Positions 59,837-64,000 of a DNA stretch of 64,000 nucleotides are shown here, one piece after another (positions within the stretch are counted from its first letter, which is position 1; each line of letters starts with the position of its first letter). This stretch comes from Desulfatiglandales bacterium (GTDB lineage: Bacteria > Desulfobacterota > DSM-4660 > Desulfatiglandales > HGW-15). Both the position numbers and the translations under genes were made by a program. The stretch covers positions 1,280,001 to 1,344,000 of the forward strand of contig CAXXJJ010000001.1 in the NCBI GenBank assembly GCA_963667015.2, in the 5' to 3' direction. The notes beneath the pieces are model-generated. The model made no database searches. It was not told the origin of the DNA and saw only the letters and a list, made by a program, of their open reading frames with translations.

Positions 59837-61306
59837 ATGAAGCCGAAGGAGCCAGGATATACTGTGGGCCATGATATTATTTTTGATGTGGTAGGTAATA
59901 CAAGCGCCTTCTCGATGATGGGAGAAAGCAGCGGCTATATGATAACTGTAAACGGGCATGTATACATGCTCGAATGCGGATCGCCTGTTTTTCCCTATCT
60001 TGGATATAAAGGCATTTCCGATCTTAGAGGTATCTTCGCAACCCATTCTCATGAGGACCACAAAAGATGGTTCACTGATATTGTCCTGTTTACCTATTAT
60101 AACCCCCTGTCAAAAAACAGGCTTAGATTAATATCATATGAGCCGGTTCTTGAGGAATATTACAAGAACTCCAAGGGAGCTCTTGAAAGATCCCTTTCCG
60201 ATGACTCAAAAAGAATAATTGATATCCCCTATGACTCGATGGTTGAAGAGTGTATTATCGGGCCAAGGGCCAGGTATGCCATAAGACTGAAAGACAGTAA
60301 GGACGGGACACTTCGTTACGGTGTTGAGGATCGCGAGGGAAATGCCATAGGGCCGGAACGGGCAAAGATTTTTATTAATGAAAAGGCCAATCGTCCGAGG
60401 CTCCTTTTCAAGGATGAAGAATCAGGTGAGTGGGTGGAACCTGCGAGCTATTATCCATTCAGTGCTGCCTCATTTTATGAAGAGGCAAGGAATGATTTCT
60501 ATGATGACGAAGCCGGGTTAACTGTGAGGGCGGTTAAATCATCGGTCTGGCACGGGCTTCCCTCCGTAGCATTCAAATTTATGACAGAGGACAGCAGTCT
60601 GTTTTACAGCGCTGATACTGTATGGAAACCCTCACTCTGGAAAGAACTGTATGAAACCCATCGTCCCCAGTACTTTGAAAACATCAGCCGGGATAAATTT
60701 GAAGAGTCTTCCGTTATTTATGGTGATATAAACCACTTTATTGAACGAACCTGGAGCAGAGAAAGATATGAAAGGGCCATGGCGGCCTATGAGGATTCGT
60801 CTATAATAATACATGATGTAGCACAGAAAGACAGTATTGTGCATACAGATTATTCCGATATTTCAAATACTGCATTCGATAACATGATTTATACACATAA
60901 TCCCGACAATCTTACATCCACCAGGCCAATTCTGAGTTCAGGTAAAAAACTTGTAATCAGAAACAGCAAGGTCTTTGAATCTGTAAGAGGAGAGCTGTTT
61001 CCCCTGGATGCGGATATCTATATTCGTCACTGGGCAAAAAATCTTATAGGATATAAATCCAAGGACGGACCATTTAAGGTGATAGAAAAAGACGGTCTGC
61101 TGGGGATTGTTGAAAAAGACAGTACTGAAAAAGGGATAATGAATGTTGATCTTTATGAAGAAATTAACGGTGAATATTTTCCTCTCCTTACCGAAGCAGA
61201 CGAATTTTATTCACAAAGGCCCGACGGCCAGATAGAAAAGATCAAAATTACAAAAGATAAGACCTTTGGGCAGGTTGTAGAAGGCCTCAGGGGAAAAATC
61301 AGCTAA
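59837..61306 (+). CDS. Metallo-beta-lactamase-fold hydrolase
   Basis: ECGS, THSHEDH, VWHG, YSADT, IHD, VHT. Confidence 0.7.
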   Translation: MKPKEPGYTVGHDIIFDVVGNTSAFSMMGESSGYMITVNGHVYMLECGSPVFPYLGYKGISDLRGIFATHSHEDHKRWFTDIVLFTYYNPLSKNRLRLISYEPVLEEYYKNSKGALERSLSDDSKRIIDIPYDSMVEECIIGPRARYAIRLKDSKDGTLRYGVEDREGNAIGPERAKIFINEKANRPRLLFKDEESGEWVEPASYYPFSAASFYEEARNDFYDDEAGLTVRAVKSSVWHGLPSVAFKFMTEDSSLFYSADTVWKPSLWKELYETHRPQYFENISRDKFEESSVIYGDINHFIERTWSRERYERAMAAYEDSSIIIHDVAQKDSIVHTDYSDISNTAFDNMIYTHNPDNLTSTRPILSSGKKLVIRNSKVFESVRGELFPLDADIYIRHWAKNLIGYKSKDGPFKVIEKDGLLGIVEKDSTEKGIMNVDLYEEINGEYFPLLTEADEFYSQRPDGQIEKIKITKDKTFGQVVEGLRGKIS

Positions 61307-62093
61307 TCCTGTATAGCTCAGGCCTTCTGTCCATAAAACGATCATTCAGGGATGTGATGGATTTATCCCTGGCCTTTTCAATATCAATGTCAACTGCTGC
61401 GATTCCTTCTTTGCTGCTGTCCAGTGAAAGGATAACCTGTCCGTTTGGGTCAACAACCTGGCTCTTTCCTGTGAATTTCAACTCTTCTTTGCCTCCCCTT
61501 GACTCCGCACCGATCCGGTTTGATGTCATGGAATAAACCGCATTTTCAAGTGATCTTGTTTGCATTGCCTTGTGGCAGCCTGTGAGTACAAGGTTTGCAG
61601 GATGACATATGATGTCGGCACCCTTAAGGGCCAGGGTCCTCGCCGCCTCGGGGAACCACCAGTCATAGCATATCATCAGGCCAAGCCTGGCTATGCCAAT
61701 GTCGAACACATTAAATCCGGTATCTCCAGGGCTGAAGAATAATTTCTCCTCATAAAAAAGATGGCTTTTCCTGTATTTCCCGATAAAGCCGTCAGGTCCG
61801 ATCAGTGCTGCCGAATTGAAAAGTCGATCCCCCTGCTTTTCTGCAATACCGAAAGCCAGATATACATTTTTTGAATGTGCATATTTTATAAGCGTGTCGC
61901 AGGATGGGCCTGACGGGATTTCTTCCGCAAGTCCATTGACCTCTTCAATTGATGTAAACTGGTAGCCTGTTGTAAACAACTCCGGAAGTACAATGAGATC
62001 TGCCTTGATAGTGTCTATTTGACTGACAGCCTGTTCAAGATTTTTTTTAACCTCACCAAACTCCGGATTATTCTGATAAATTCCTATTTGCAT
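61299..62093 (-). CDS. Nitrilase/carbon-nitrogen hydrolase family protein
   Basis: VLPELF, YRKSHL, ICYDWWFPE. Confidence 0.9.
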   Translation of the reverse strand: MQIGIYQNNPEFGEVKKNLEQAVSQIDTIKADLIVLPELFTTGYQFTSIEEVNGLAEEIPSGPSCDTLIKYAHSKNVYLAFGIAEKQGDRLFNSAALIGPDGFIGKYRKSHLFYEEKLFFSPGDTGFNVFDIGIARLGLMICYDWWFPEAARTLALKGADIICHPANLVLTGCHKAMQTRSLENAVYSMTSNRIGAESRGGKEELKFTGKSQVVDPNGQVILSLDSSKEGIAAVDIDIEKARDKSITSLNDRFMDRRPELYRIS

Positions 62094-62431
62094 GGTCCTC
62101 TTTTTTCCATCATTGGAGTCAAATATTTTATAGATACAGTTTTTTCTTTCATATTCCGGGACAATCCAATTCCTGCTAATTCAGGATAATTATCTTGAGA
62201 AAAATTTATTAATAGTCTAAAAGTTTTGTCACACGAAGTATTTTTTCATTATATTTTCCGCTTTTTCATTGTCAAGAAATGATAGTTTATTAAAAATTGC
62301 ATCCATTTTGTTCAAAGTATCTGATTACATCTTTAAACTGTGATCAGAAAACACCGGGCAAAGTATGAAATATGAAAGTAGTTGCAGAGTAAAATTAAAA
62401 CATTTCACACTTTTGGGGGAGATTATTTAAT

Positions 62432-63814
62432 ATGAATAAAAAAAGACTTCCTGCTCTTCTTACCCACAGCTACGGCTCAGCCACCCTGACATTCAACCTG
62501 ATGATGATGGTGGCCTTAAATTACTACACCTATTTTCTTACAGATGTGGTGATGATAGCTTCAATTCATCTGGCTATATTCATGCCGCTTACCCATGTAA
62601 TAGATGCAGTATCTATACCTATTGGCGGAGCCATAATCCAGAAGACTCAGTTCAGATGGGGGCAATTCCGGTCATGGCTCCTGTTTTTGCCTGTATCCAC
62701 CTTTATATTTTTTACCATTACATTTACCAATATTCCCTCTGCAAGTTATGGGGTTAAATTATTATATTTAGGACTGGCATATGTAATAGCTCATGTAAGC
62801 CTTAATTTTGCCTTCAATGCTCATCTCGGGCTTATATCGGTGATTTCAAACAATGTTGATGACAGGGCCTCCCTTTCAATATGGAATACCCGGTATACAT
62901 ACGGCGCACAGCTAATCTTCAGTCAGTTGGCGATCCCGGTACTTCTTATTTTCAGGGCTGATTACGGTGAATCTCTGGGCTTTTTCCTGACGGTCCTTAT
63001 ACTCGCCGGGCTTCAAATGTTTGGCTACTGGAACCTGTTCATAAGAACAAAGGAATATGACCGTTATGATCCTAATAAAAAATTAAAATCTGCAAATAAT
63101 TTAACGCTGCTTGAAATGGGGAAGCAGATAATCGGTAACAGACACCTGATGTTAATTATGATTGCCGACACCGTAAAAGACGTGGCAATATTCGGGCTTG
63201 TATCCATTGCAGTCTATTATTTTAAATATGTTACAGGTGATGATTCATGGATGAAGACCTATACATTATTATCAGCTGTTTCAATTCTTACTTCAACAGT
63301 GATAGCCCCGCATGTCATAAAAAAAATTGGAAGAAGAGGGACATGTATCTATTCGGCCTTTTTCGGTATCATAGGGTATTTAATCCTGCGTAAATATGGC
63401 ACAAGTGGTCCAATTACATACACGTTAATTATTGCCTGTACAAACCTTGTTGTCTATCTTCCTATGCCTATAAGGCAGGCAATGTATATGGATGCCTCCG
63501 AATACGGCTATTACAAGACCGGCAAAAACGCCAGCGCCTTTATAATGTCCATGTACACAATGCCGGTAAAAATCGGGATAGCCGGGGCCCTTTCAATAAT
63601 TCCTCTATTTTTGGCTTATATAGGATATGTTCCCAATATGGAGTCTACACCTGAATTTGTCACTAGTCTGATGAATCTGATTTCATTTTTACCCATCGTA
63701 TGCTACCTCATCGCAGGTTTTGTCTTTATTTTTTACGGCCTGACCGATGAAAAAGTAGCGTTCTACATGACAGAGAATCAGAAAAAAAGAGAGGAAGCGG
63801 AAGTAAAAATGTAA
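62432..63814 (+). CDS. MFS transporter, glycoside-pentoside-hexuronide (MelB-like) family
   Basis: About 12 TMs, DAVSIP..G....T..RWGQFRSW, YYFKYV, D.SEYGYYKTGK. Confidence 0.85.
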   Translation: MNKKRLPALLTHSYGSATLTFNLMMMVALNYYTYFLTDVVMIASIHLAIFMPLTHVIDAVSIPIGGAIIQKTQFRWGQFRSWLLFLPVSTFIFFTITFTNIPSASYGVKLLYLGLAYVIAHVSLNFAFNAHLGLISVISNNVDDRASLSIWNTRYTYGAQLIFSQLAIPVLLIFRADYGESLGFFLTVLILAGLQMFGYWNLFIRTKEYDRYDPNKKLKSANNLTLLEMGKQIIGNRHLMLIMIADTVKDVAIFGLVSIAVYYFKYVTGDDSWMKTYTLLSAVSILTSTVIAPHVIKKIGRRGTCIYSAFFGIIGYLILRKYGTSGPITYTLIIACTNLVVYLPMPIRQAMYMDASEYGYYKTGKNASAFIMSMYTMPVKIGIAGALSIIPLFLAYIGYVPNMESTPEFVTSLMNLISFLPIVCYLIAGFVFIFYGLTDEKVAFYMTENQKKREEAEVKM

Positions 63815-63933
63815 GCATCTCGTATTGTATGTACCATCCGTAAAACAGTCTCTACCAGTGGTATGGAAACAGGCCCGGTCCAGGCGGTGAAGTTTTTTCC
63901 GGATGAGAATTTATAATAAAGGAGAATTACAAA

Positions 63934-64000
63934 GTGGAAAAAGCAGAAAACAGACTTCCCGGTTTACTCGTCAACAGCTACGGTTTTGCATACATGACCT
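63934..64000 (+). CDS. Start of a paralogous MFS transporter (truncated by window edge)
   Basis: RBS AGGAG; RLPGLLVNSYG resembles RLPALLTHSYG of the upstream gene. Confidence 0.55.
   Translation, partial: MEKAENRLPGLLVNSYGFAYMT

Noticed and set aside
57861..61306. Pycsar/CBASS-type defence system
   Set aside because: The cyclase has adenylyl-type residues and a coiled-coil signalling architecture; no cNMP-binding TIR or TM effector is adjacent.

Overview
A 64-kb window from an anaerobic Desulfobacterota-like (sulfate-reducer/syntroph-type) bacterium, dominated by energy-metabolism genes. Left part: a hemW fragment; a Rex-boxed operon metV-metF-hdrA-like-hdrA/mvhD-hdrD-like, whose last gene reads through a UGA (selenocysteine, with SECIS); tmcDCBA; and housekeeping genes. 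From 19.5 to 29 kb is an AT-rich accessory region. It holds a partly duplicated dnaJ flanking a three-cassette integron-type attC array with no integrase, a frameshifted NACHT/pentapeptide-repeat gene and an AbiE-like pair. From 29 to 47 kb is a sigma54-driven ~16-kb redox operon with three unusual parts: an hdrA split in two by an inserted nuoE-nuoF-nuoG'-like (HydCBA-like) module, a second selenoprotein hdrD-like gene, and a tandem HdrA carrying an intact response-regulator receiver domain, followed by hdrC, hdrB and two histidine kinases. This is the best candidate for an undescribed system: a phosphorylation-linked electron-bifurcating complex. Right part: signalling genes, tRNA-Asn, hmcABCD (no hmcEF), RNA-binding proteins, tRNA-Pro, a class III cyclase next to an MBL hydrolase, a nitrilase-family enzyme and MFS transporters. 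All calls come from motifs read by eye; no database searches were run.
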